Assembly: GCA_903873295.1 (NCBI GenBank)
Contig: CAIQNV010000049.1
Location: 20,041 to 84,040 of the forward strand
Reading direction: 5' to 3'
Source of the DNA: an uncultured Elusimicrobia bacterium
Lineage (GTDB): Bacteria > Elusimicrobiota > Elusimicrobia > Elusimicrobiales > UBA9959
Length of the DNA: 64,000 nt
Both the position numbers and the translations under genes were made by a program. Position 1 is the stretch's first letter. Each line of letters opens with the position of its first letter. Below are positions 8,489-20,300 of this stretch, piece by piece. The notes under the pieces were generated by a model. That model was not told the origin of the DNA. It did not search any database and was given only the letters and a program-made list of their open reading frames with translations.

Positions 8489-9934
8489 ATGCGTTATCTA
8501 TTTTCTTTGATATTGCTGGCCGGCCTTTCCGTCTTTTCCGGCGCCGCCTACGTTAACTCGCTGCAGGGCGACGTCGACCTGAAAAAAGCCGGCGCCTCCG
8601 AATGGGTCCGCCTTACCGGGGCCGATAAAACGCCTCTCGGCGCGGGCGACGAAATGCGCACCGCCCGGGCCTCCACGGCGGAGATCTACATGGACGACGG
8701 CTCAAAGGTGAAAGTAGCGCCGCTTACGGCCTTCAAACTGTCGACGGAGAACAAGGAGGCCGTCTCGCTCGGCCTGTATTTTGGCCGGGTGCGCTCCTGG
8801 GTGAAGAAATTCTCGAGAAAATTCGAAGTGCGCACCCCGTCGGCCGTCTGCGCCGTGCGCGGCACCGATTTCATGGTTTCCGCCGACGGCGACGGCAACA
8901 GCCGGGTGGAGGTCTACGAGGGCACCGTGCTGACCGGCGACTCCAAGGGTAATTCCGGGCTGGTGCGCGAAGGGCAGTTCTCCGAGATCCCCAACGGGGG
9001 GAAAATGAAGGACCCGGGGCAGAATCCCAACGAGCCCGGCGACATGAACTCCTCGCTGGGAGACGCCAGGCAGCTGGCCAGGGCCGAGATCTACAGCGAA
9101 ATTTCAAAAGAGGACGTGCTGGCCCGGGCGCAGGAGGAGATGCAGTCGGCGGAGTACCAGAACCGCAAGGTGGCCATAGACGCCTTCGGCAACCGGGTGC
9201 GCATGGAAGAGTACACCATAAGGCCCGCCGCCGACCAGTTCAAGTACGTAGTGCTCAACACCCGCGCCGACCGCTTCGACTTCGGGAAGATCCTGTTCAC
9301 CTTCAACGCGGCCCTGCCCGCCGATCTCTCCCAGGCCACGCTGAACATGATCTCCTCGCCCGGTTCCACGGCGCCGCAGTGGCAGCTTGTAGCCATGAAC
9401 AGCGTGATGAGCAATACCACCGACAAGGTTACCGAAGACGCCTCGGGGGGCGGCATGGCCTACAACGGCAGCCTGACCGATCCGCGCTATAATCTGGTTT
9501 TCGGAAATTATTCCTTTTACGCGGCGGGGCCGGCGGAGGCCAATGATAACGGCGGGCTGGGGAAGCTGTTCTGGACCAAGACGAATTACAATGTGCCCGC
9601 GAACCATTATGACTCAATTTCCTTCCTGGGGAGCGCCGCTCCTTTAATAGACGCCTCCAGCCCTTCCGGCGCCGATGTTTTTCACACCTTCGCGAAGAAC
9701 ACCTATAACGACGGCACCTGGATAGCGGCGGAGGACTTCGTGCTTTTTAATAACGGGGACCTTCTCGCCGCCGGGGAGTTCAGCCAGGGCCTGGGCAACG
9801 GCAACACCGTTGACGAAATAACCGACAAGCTTAATTTTCAGCGCGTTTACACAAGTTCGCTTTTCGGCGGGCGCACCATCGACGTGATGTACTCCGCCAA
9901 GCTGCTGAAGGAAATCGGCCTGCTGCGGTTCTGA
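8489..9934 (+). CDS. Exported FecR-domain protein with unknown C-terminal region
   Basis: RBS AGGAG before ATG 8489; signal peptide; FecR-like GDEMRT...FEVRTPSAVCAVRGTDF...VEVYEGTV. Confidence 0.8.
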   Translation: MRYLFSLILLAGLSVFSGAAYVNSLQGDVDLKKAGASEWVRLTGADKTPLGAGDEMRTARASTAEIYMDDGSKVKVAPLTAFKLSTENKEAVSLGLYFGRVRSWVKKFSRKFEVRTPSAVCAVRGTDFMVSADGDGNSRVEVYEGTVLTGDSKGNSGLVREGQFSEIPNGGKMKDPGQNPNEPGDMNSSLGDARQLARAEIYSEISKEDVLARAQEEMQSAEYQNRKVAIDAFGNRVRMEEYTIRPAADQFKYVVLNTRADRFDFGKILFTFNAALPADLSQATLNMISSPGSTAPQWQLVAMNSVMSNTTDKVTEDASGGGMAYNGSLTDPRYNLVFGNYSFYAAGPAEANDNGGLGKLFWTKTNYNVPANHYDSISFLGSAAPLIDASSPSGADVFHTFAKNTYNDGTWIAAEDFVLFNNGDLLAAGEFSQGLGNGNTVDEITDKLNFQRVYTSSLFGGRTIDVMYSAKLLKEIGLLRF

Positions 9935-9978
9935 GGAAGGGCGGCGGGTCAATGAACGGAAGGATTTCTGGAGGAATA

Positions 9979-11229
9979 ATGCAGTTCAATTCTGTGAATA
10001 AAAAAACCAAGTTCCTGCTGGCGGCCGCCGTAGTTTTGCCTTTTTCCCTCTGCTCTCTGCCCCCGCTTTACGCGGCGATGAAAATAATACCCGTGGCCGA
10101 TATTTCCCTGCTGGGCGGAAAATATTTCCTGGACTCGCAGGCCGCCGCCTTCCAGGGCCGCGTGGACGCTTTTATCTCCCCGGCGATCACGCTGGCGGAG
10201 AACCATGACCTGCTCCCGGTCTATTCCGGCAACTATTCGGGCACGCAGGACATACAGGAACTGGCCGGCGGCGGCGTGCTTACCCGCAAGCGCCAGACGC
10301 ACACTTTTTCCCTGAAATATATCTACACCAGCGATTTTAACAAGTATAAGCCGCGCCTCTCTTATTCGAAGGCGGGCATAAATGAAACTAAGGACGAGAA
10401 GTGGGGCGACGGACTTTTCGACTATGCCACGCTCTCTTTCGGGTTCGAGGCCGAGCAGGAGCGGCCGCGCGGGACCTATACCGAATCCTACGATTATTAC
10501 AAGGTGGGGTATCCCAATTACAGCACGCTGCTGTCGCGGTCGCAGTCCGTCTTTAACGACACCACCACCTTCAACGAGCTTTCCACCAACGCCGGGGAAA
10601 ATCCGCTGGACAATATCAGCCACCGCCTGGCTTTGGGCTATGCCTGGTTCCCCGAGCCGCTTAATATGAAGGCCAACTACGACTTTACCTACCGCACCTA
10701 CGCCGAGCAGGCGATAGCGGCCAGGCCCGCCACGGGGCAGTCGCCCTTCAAGAGCGACAAGCGCTCCGACATAATGCAGAATTTCAGTCTTAAGGCCAGC
10801 CGGGCGCTTAAGCCGCTTTACCTGAGCGCCGTCGCGCGCCTGGGCTGGCTAAGTTCTAATCAGGGGTCTTACGACTCTGTCCGCAGCAAGTACATGAAGG
10901 ACTATTATAGTTATATGGATTTTTCCATAAGCCCGGCGATGGGCCTGGTGCTGGAGAACGGAGCGCAGTTTAATTTCGGCCTGGACTGGCGGCGGGTTTA
11001 CTACCTGGGGCGCCTTAAACAGGGCAACACCGGAAATTACGGAAGCTCCGAGATAACCCAGACCTTCTGGCTTACTTCGCTTTCCGCGCGCTATCCAGTA
11101 GCCAAAAGGTTCTTCGCCCGGGCGGCCTGCAACTACCAGATCTCTTCCTCCAATATGCGTTACGAGGAGAGCTACCGGTATAACTACAGGGCCAGCACCT
11201 ACCTGCTGGGTCTGGAGTGGGAGTTTTAA
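9979..11229 (+). CDS. Putative outer-membrane beta-barrel protein
   Basis: GGAGG RBS; signal peptide; Tyr/Phe-rich amphipathic strands; C-terminal beta-signal-like LLGLEWEF. Confidence 0.7.
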   Translation: MQFNSVNKKTKFLLAAAVVLPFSLCSLPPLYAAMKIIPVADISLLGGKYFLDSQAAAFQGRVDAFISPAITLAENHDLLPVYSGNYSGTQDIQELAGGGVLTRKRQTHTFSLKYIYTSDFNKYKPRLSYSKAGINETKDEKWGDGLFDYATLSFGFEAEQERPRGTYTESYDYYKVGYPNYSTLLSRSQSVFNDTTTFNELSTNAGENPLDNISHRLALGYAWFPEPLNMKANYDFTYRTYAEQAIAARPATGQSPFKSDKRSDIMQNFSLKASRALKPLYLSAVARLGWLSSNQGSYDSVRSKYMKDYYSYMDFSISPAMGLVLENGAQFNFGLDWRRVYYLGRLKQGNTGNYGSSEITQTFWLTSLSARYPVAKRFFARAACNYQISSSNMRYEESYRYNYRASTYLLGLEWEF

Positions 11230-11310
11230 GAAGGGGCAGCGGCGCGGACGGAAGAGTGTTTTAGAAATTGATTTTATTCCCAGATGTAAGTTTTCAGCCG
11301 GAGAAAAATT

Positions 11311-14300
11311 ATGCGCAAGATAAAAAACATTTTCATAAACCTCCTGGGGGCGGCGCTTTTAGCCGCCGGCTCCGCCGGACCGGCGCTGGCCCAGTTCACC
11401 GGGGATTTCTCCCAGCCCGGCGGCGCGGTTTACGACGGCGGCTCGGAGGACCAGGCTCACCGCGTGGCGGTGGATACCGTGGCGCTTAACGGGCCTTTTA
11501 TTTATGTGGCGGGCACTTCGGAGTTCGACTCCCAGACTACCGGCTTAACCGCTAAGTACGACAAATTCGGCGTGCTGGCGGCCTCCGCGGTCTTTACCGG
11601 CCCTGGTTCCAGCTTTGCAGTGAGCGACGGCATAGCCATAGGCGCCGACAATATCTTCGTCGCCGGCAGTGTAGGGGGGGGGCTATGCGTAGCGCAGAAG
11701 TATGATAAAAACCTGGTTTTTCAATCTTCAGCTACGTACTCTTTCAGCATTCAAGAGTGCGTCGGGAACGATATCACCCTCAGCAAGACCGGGAACCTTT
11801 ATGTGACAGGCCACACGGGCTACACCTCGGAGTACCGTTCATTGCTGATAATAAAATACGACGAGAACCTGAATTTCGCGAACGCCGTCACTTTCAGCGG
11901 CGGAGTTTACGATAAAGGAATGTCGATAAAAACCGATGACCGCGGGGATGTCTACGCGGTCGGCTATTCAAGCGCCGCCGGCAATTTGCAGATACTTACG
12001 TTGAAATATGATCCGGCGCTGGTTTTCATAAGCTCGGCGGTTTTCAGCATTCCCGCGGGAAGCCCTGAGAAACGGGTGTCCCTGAGCTTTGGCCAGGATT
12101 CCGTTTATGTGGCGGGTATAGATTTTGACAAGGGAGTTCTGCTTAAGTATAGCCTCGACCTGGTCTTTAAATCCTCGGCGGCTTTCAATCCCGGCGCCGC
12201 CAGCGGTTGGGAGGGGGTCGGAGTCAACAGCCTCGGAGACGTTTTCACCACCGGCAATGTGTTTAACGGCACCGACCTCGATTTCCTGACCGCCAAATAC
12301 ACCCCTGATCTCGTGTTCGTTTCCTCCATAGCGTACGACGGCGGCCACGAAGATGTGGCCCTGGACGTCGCGCTGGACGCTTCCGATAATCTTTATGTAA
12401 TTGGCGTTTCGTCCAACAGCTTAAATAACGACTGGCGCACCCTGCGCTACCCGTCGTCCGCCTTCGGCGCGCCCGCCGCGCCCGCGGGCTTCACCGGGAA
12501 TTTCGCCGCTCCGGGAGGCGCCGGGTTCGACGGCGGGGATATGGACTACGGCACCGGGACGGCGTTCTATGGCTCCAATGTTTATGTTGTCGGGATTTCT
12601 TCTTCAGCCGGTGTTTTGTCCAGCCTTATTGTCAAATACGACCTGGCCGGGAATGTCGTCTCCTCCGCCACTTCCGCCGCTTTCGGCGACGCTGGCTTCT
12701 TTGATGTGAAGGCCAATGCCAACGGCGTATATGTAGCAGCTCAGGGGGAGGGATTTCTTACTGTGAAGTACACTCCTGACCTGGTTTTTGTGTCTTCGGC
12801 CGTTCTCGCCGGAGATTCCAGCGCGCGCGATCTTGCGTTGGATACGGGCGGTAATGTCTACGTGATAGGCTCCAATTGGGGCGACGCGGGAGGCAACAAC
12901 GATTATAAGTTCGTGAAGTATAGCAAGGATCTGGCCCAAATTGGTTCGCCGGTCACCTTCAACGCCGGAGGCATGGATGAGGGCAGAGGCATAGCCGTTG
13001 ATAACGGCAATGTTTACATCACGGGCGACAGCCTGATAGGCAACACTACTTATTTTGCAACCGCGAAATTCGATTCGTCGTCGATGGCTTTTATTTCTTC
13101 CGCCTCGTACGCCGGCGGTTATCTCGACGGGCCGGCCCATGAACGCTTAGCTGTAAACCCGGTTACGCACGACGTTTATCTGTTGGGCGCGCAGGGCCCT
13201 GAAGGCAGCAGTCATCTGGTAACTGTGAAATATTCGCAGAACCTGCAGCAGATGGTGGCGGATATCTTCCCCGGCGACGGCTCCAGCAAGGGCAAAGTGT
13301 TTGGCACGGATATAAAACTGGATGCTGACGGCAACGTCTACTCGCTCGGTAAAGATTCCTATGAGACCGGCGGGATAACTTATGAATATGCGCTGGTGGT
13401 AAAATACACGCCCGGCCTTGTTTTCCTCTCCAGCGCTGCAAGCTCCGCCGGGTCCATTAAATATAACGGCTTTGCCATCGCCCTGGATACCACTACCGGC
13501 TACAGCTACGTAACTGGTCTCGCTGACGATGACGCGGGCCAGGTGGACATGCGCACCGTGCGCTTCGACCCGCTAGGCGGGGTGGCTCCGGTCGCGCACG
13601 CCATGGGGCCGAACGAATTTATTATTAAAGAGACGGACGTCGAAGACTCCGGCGGGTTCTCCGCGTACGGCGGGGGGAAATTCCTGGTGGGCTATCAGCA
13701 CGCTACTTCAAGCATCACCGCGCGGCTCGTTCTGCCGGACGGGACCTTAGTGGGCTCCGAAATCACTTTCAACACCACTACCGAATACGGCTCCGGCGGC
13801 TGGCCCGCTTTCGCGTTCGGCGGCACTGATTTCCTTATGGCCTGGGCCTGCGACCTGCCCGGGTATCAGGGGCGGATACGCGGCCAGCGCATCGACACCT
13901 CCGGGAATAAAGTCGGCTCCTCTTTCTGGATCAGCTCTACCAGCGGTTTCGACTCGCATCAGTTGGGAAATATCGCATTCGACGGTGTAAATTATTTTGT
14001 CGTCTGGAGCGCGAGCGATACGGTGAATTCGTACGATAACATGTACGGCCAGTTCGTAAGCACGGCCGGCGTTTTAGTCGGCTCAAGGCTTACAATAGGG
14101 GCCGGCGGAAAAGACGGCACGGTCGCGTACGGCCATGGCAAATATCTCGCTGCCTGGCGCAACGACGGCAATTACGGAGATGTCGGCCCGGTAAAAGGCC
14201 GGCTGATACTTCCTAATCAGATTTTCGGCGGCACGGAGTTCGTGATCGACGCGAGCCCCGCCCCGAGTTATAATCCTGTAATAGTTGCGGCGGACAATAC

Positions 14301-17300
14301 GAGATTTCTTGTCGCTTTCCATGATGAATGGAGTGCTCCCTGCAGCGAAGTGAACCCTGATTGTTCCGTTTCCTCCCACTTGTTCGGTAAATTCGTGAAC
14401 GCTGACGGCACGGTGGCGCCTTCCACTTTCACCATTTCAGACAGCCCCGATGCGCAGTTCTTGCCCGAGCCGGTCTGGGACGGATCCAAATACCTGATAA
14501 CCTGGAACGACGCCGATGGGCTTTCCACCGCTACCGTGCATATGCGGTATTTCGACGCTTCCGGCAATCCGCTGGACGCTGATACCGTGATCGCTTCCGC
14601 GGTATCGGGAAGGATCCCGTTCAGCCTCGGATTCTCCTATGACAGCGCGGATAAAAAATTCTTTGGCGGAGTAAATCGATACCCTGTAACCGGCAGTTAC
14701 GACGATGCGACCACCGATCTCTACGGCCTTATCCTCACCACTACGAGCAGTGGTGCCGGTTTCACCGGGAATTTCTCGGAATCCGGCGGCGCGGTTTATG
14801 ACGGCGGGAACTCTGACGTAGGCGCGGATATCGCTCTTAACCCGGCCACCGACGACACTTATGTGGTGGGAGCCTCTTCGGTTTCCGGTCTGAGTCAGGG
14901 ACTTGTGATCAAGTATAACGCGGCCGGAGTGATGGTCGCGTCCGCGCCGGTCACGGATACCGGCGGCATGTATCTGTCGGGCGTCGCGCTTAATGGCAAC
15001 GGCATCTACGTAGCCGGCGGGGTCTATAATACGAATAATTTCGTGGTTAAAAGGTACGGGCCCGGGTTGAATTTGATATCCAGCGCGGTTTTACCCGGTG
15101 TGCACACGCCAAGAGTGGCTTTGGACGGCGCCGGGAACGTCTATCTTGCCGGTTCTTCCGACGGCGACCATAACTATCATCTCGCCAAATACGGCCTCGG
15201 TCTCGGCTTTATCTCCAGCACGACCTTTGATGCCGGCGGCGTCGACAGGGCGATCGGAGTGGCGGTGGACAACGGTTACGCTTACGTCACCGGGTACGCC
15301 CTGATAAGCAACAGCACCTATTATGTCACCGCGAAGTTCGACGCGGGCTCATTGGCCTTTGTTTCTTCCGTTTCATATGCGAACGCTTATGCGGAAGGAG
15401 GATCTTTTGAACGCCTGGCCGTTAACCCGGTCACTCATGAGGTTTATCTTGTGGGCACGCACGGCACGGAAAACAACAGGCAGATGGTGACGGTCAAATA
15501 TTCCCAGACTTTGCAGCAGCTCGGCGAAGCCATCTTCCCCGGCGGCAGCTATGGGCTGGGTGCCGACGTGAAACTGGATACCGCCGGCAATGTGTACGCG
15601 CTCGGAAAGGAGTATAACGGCTCGGACTACGCGTTCGTCGCCAAGTATAATTCCGCCCTGGTTTTCCTTTCCAGCGCGGCAAGCGCGTCCGTTCCCGGGA
15701 GCTTCACCGGCATGGCCGTTGCCCTTGATACCACCACCGGCAATAGTTATGTGACGGGAATTAAATCCGACGGCGGCATCGGGCCAAAAGACCCCACGAA
15801 CGATATCCGCACCGTGCGCTTCGCCCCGCTCGGCGGGGTCGCTCCGGTCGTGCACGCCAAGGGGCCTAACGAGTTTGTTATCAGTGAGACCGACGGCAGG
15901 GATTCCGGCGGCAGCGTCGCATATGGAAACGGCAATTTTTTGACCGTGTATCAAAAGAACGATGTCAACGTCGAAGCAAGGCTTTTTGATACGAGCGGCA
16001 ATCCGGTCGGCGCCGAAATCGTTCCCGCCGGGAATACGGACTGTCAAGCCGGGCAGGGGCCTGCCGTGGCTTTTGACGGTACAAATTTCCTGATGACATG
16101 GGGCTGTCGTTTGTTGTCTAACACATCGGCGATCCGTGGTCAGCGCGTTGATTCGTCGGGTAATACAATAGGTTCGGCGTTCGCCATAAGCGCCTTCACA
16201 GGTTCGCGGGGCGATGGGGATGTGGCGTTTGACGGCACCAATTATTTCGCGGTCTGGAGTTCGACCGAAAGCGGCGCGTGGAATATCTACGGACAGTTCA
16301 TTTCAGCGACAGGCGCGCTGGTCAACTCCCGCATAACAATAGCTACCCCGGCGACGGCCTGGATAGACCACACACCGGTAAAGTATGCCGGCGGAAAGTA
16401 TCTGGTCACATGGACTGAAGGAAACAACGTGAAAGGCCGGATGGTACTGCCGAATGGCAGCCTTTATGGCTCTGAAATAGCCGTTAATGTGGATTCCCTT
16501 ACGAGCGATGGTCCCACGGTTATAGCGTACGATCCCGGTTCTGCAAAATTCCTTGTGACATATAACAACGGGATTAACGTCAACAGTAGACATTTGTATG
16601 GCAGATTTGTAGACCTGTCCGGTGTTGCGGGCTCCAGTTTCACTATTACCGAAGCTGCGGGCAATCAGTTCGGCGCGGTTCCTGTGTGGGACGGTTCTAA
16701 ATATCTGATAACGTGGAGTGACGGCTATCCACTTTCTACGGCCACTGTTCATAAACGTAATTTCAGCGGCGCGGGCATTCCGCTTGATACGGATGCCATC
16801 ATCGCGTCCAATGAGTCCGGTAAAGTTCCGTTGAGTATTGCCTCGGCCATTGCCGGCGGAAAGGTGTTTGTGCTCGTCAACAGAGGCGATATAGGGTCGT
16901 ATAACGATGCCAGCCTCGATCTCTACGGCCTTATCATCACCACCACCGCGATCCAGCAGGCCGCGGGGTTCACCGGGAATTTCTCGCAGGCGGACGGGGC
17001 CGGGTTTGACGGCGGGGCTATGGACTTCGGCACGGCCGCCGCGTTCTATGGCTCGAATGTGTATGTCGTCGGGCTGTCCTCGCCTACCGGCGCCATTATC
17101 GTTAAATACGACCTGGCCGGGAACGTGGTGTCTTCCGCCACTTTGGGCGGGCTGGAGTCGTTTGACGGCGTGGCCGTTAATGCCAACGGCGTCTACGCAG
17201 CCGGCAAGGGCGTGACGGGGACGGGGTTTGTGACCGCGAAGTATAATTACAGCCTGACCCTTACTTCCGCGGCGGTCCTTCCCGGGCAGAACCACGCGCG

Positions 17301-20300
17301 GGACCTGGCGCTGGATACCGGCGGCAATGTTTACGTGGTCGGTGCGAACGACACCGAGACCGGCTATAAATTCGTCAAGTACAGCGCGGACCTCGCGCAG
17401 CAGGGCTCCCCTGTCGTCTTCAACGCCGGCGGCGCGGCCACCGGCAGAGGCATAGCCGTCGACAGCGGGAACATCTACGTCACAGGCGACAGCCTTATAG
17501 GCGCAGCCACGTATTATGTGACCGCCAGATATAATTCATCGCTGGCTTTCGTCTCCTCCGTCGCGTACGCGGGCGGCTACTCCAACAGCGAAAGCTTAGG
17601 CGCGAAACTGGCGATCAATGCGGCCACGCATGAGGTTTATTTTGTGGGCACGCACGGCGCCCACACGGACCTGATCGACAGCAATATCCTGACGATAAAA
17701 TATTCCCAGAACCTGGTGCAGCTGGCTGCCGCCCTGGCCCCCCACTATTACGCGGAGGGCACCGACATCGCGCTCGACAATGCCGGCAATGTTTATACGC
17801 TCGGCGTGAACCAGGTTATTAATAACGGCCCTGATTACCCGGTGGTGCTTAAATATAATTCCGACCTGGTTTTCCTTTCCAGCGCGACCCGGCAGATGAC
17901 CAACTGGTATGCGCCTTTCGGCCTCGCGCTGGATAATGCCACGGGCGAAAGCTATGTGACCGGGTTAGATGATGGAGGGGGCATCTCTTCGGACATGCGC
18001 ACCGTGCGCTTCGCGCCGCTGGGCGGCTCCGTGCCCGTGGTATATATTTCCACCCGTGACGTCTCGCCGGCGGTTTACCTGGCCGGCCAGGAGGCCGCGG
18101 CGCTCAGGATAACCCCGCATACGCTTTCCGGTACGGTTTCCTTCACCGGCCTTCAGATCGCGGTAAACCCGGCCGGGGCTTACGCTAATGTCGCGTCCGC
18201 GGCTCTCTACGCCGACCTCGACAGCGATCAGATCTGGAATCCCAGGAACGACCTGCTACTGTCCAGCGGCGCGGTTACCTCCGCCGGTCATTACTTTGAC
18301 CTCAGCGGTATGGGCGGCGTGATCGATCCGGATACGGTGGTCCTTTTCATAACTTTGACCCCGGCTATTTCGGCCGTGGACAGCAGTATTAATGTGGCCG
18401 TGCCTTCCTCCGCCTCTTTCCACACCAACGGCGATATGGCCCAGCAGACCATCTATCCCATAACTTCGACTCCCACGCTGGTCACCTATCTGGCCGGCTT
18501 GACCGATCTTACCGCCGAACCCGGCGCGAACCTGAACTCGGTCAGCCTGAGCTGGACCTATCCGCAGGATATCACCTCCGGGCATTATATAATCCGCTAC
18601 AGCACGAATACGGCCGATCTTGATAACCCGAATCTTAACGCCGTCACGGGAGCGATAAGCGGTATCACGGCCGGGGCTTACGGCAGCTACACGGCGAGCG
18701 GACTCACCCCCGTGACCAGCGGCCTGCGGGTGTTCCCTTACTACTTCGCCGTCTGGCTCTACAACGGGATCAGCACCTCCGCCGTTTCTTCCACCCTGGC
18801 GCGGAACCTGTACTTCCCCGCGGCCGCCGTGAGCGACAAGGACGCCGCGCTTACTCTCCGCACAGGCATGAGCCTTACAGCTGAAAACGCGGCCAGGTTC
18901 GCCAAGTCAACCGCCGCCGCGGGCGCGTATTCCGCCCTTACCTTCTATGACGGCGGTAAATACTTCATCGCCCTTAATACTCCGGACGGGAAGACCCAAT
19001 TCTATTACGACCAGACTTATCTGGCGCTTAGAGACCTGGCCGCCGATCCAGCGGGGAACGCTTACGGCCTGATACAGAAAGCGAACAACGTCTCCCTGGT
19101 CGTAAAGCTCGGCCCGGACGGGGCGGTTTTGTGGACCAGCCCCTTCACCTCTTCCTCGAGCGAAACCGCCAGGGCGCTGACCTATGGCGCCGGCGCCGTT
19201 TACTACGCGGCCACCGGTTTCCAGCCCGGCTCCGCCGGCCAGGATATTAAACTGCGCAAGCTGAGAGATACCGACGGCGCTTTGCTCGCGGTCTACAGCA
19301 GCTCGCCCGCGGGCTCTTACGACGAGGTGAACAGCCTCGCCTTCGTGCAGGACGCGTCGGGTAAATATGTTTACGCCGCCGGCGCCAGCGGGTCTCCGCT
19401 GTACGGCATGCTGTACAAGTTCGCGGATACCGGCACGGCTTTTTCCGTCTCCCCATCCGCTGTCGCCGGCAGCTGGCCCGTGCGGTACGTCAACCCGGGC
19501 GGCGGGGATGCCCGCGCCCTGGCAGTAAAAGCTGACAGCCTGAACAATACCCTGGTGGTGGTCGGCGCCGAGCAGCGCAACGACCTGAACCAGGGTTCCA
19601 ATATCTGGCTTAACAGATATGGCCCTTATGGCGCGCCCATATTCGCCAATCCTACGCGCTACAACAACGCGCAGTCTAATTCTGACGATATCCCCGTCGG
19701 GCTGGACTTCGACAGCTTCGGCAATATTTACGTCTCCGGCTACACCGACATGTGGAACCTGGGGCAGGGCTATAATATGCTCCTGGGCAAGTTCGGACCC
19801 GGAGGCCAGTTCCTCTCCGCTCGCATTTATGACTCCGGTTCCGGCTCAAACGACACAGGCGCCGGAGTGCTGGTCTCCACTAATAATTATGCGTATGTGG
19901 CCGGTATGTTCGGCGCGGCCGGCACCTTCGGCGTTTACTCCTTGCCGCTGGGCTCTTCGGTCAACGCGCAGTTCTTCACCGCCGCGGAGGGCCCCTACAC
20001 GGGCTCCGCGGACCTGACCTGGAACTACACCGGCAGCCTGCCCGCCGGCTCCACCTATTATGTGCAGTACAGCACCGCCCTGGCGCCCGTCTGGAGCCGC
20101 GCCTCGGCGCAGCTGGCGGTCAACGCGGGTCCTTCGTATTCCGGCGCGGTGCAGTCGCAGCGCCTGGGCGGTCTGCCTGCGCTGCGCTACCCCGGCCAGG
20201 ACGGCCAGGAGACGCGCGGGAACGCCTACAAGTTCAAGGTCTGGATAACCAGCGGCGGCCTTACTACCGAGCTGCCTGTGGCGCAGACTTTCGCCCGGAC

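Noticed and set aside
11395-18040. CRISPR array or DGR template/variable repeat
   Set aside because: Repeats are coding and kb-spaced; differences are not adenine-specific; no cas or reverse transcriptase gene in the window
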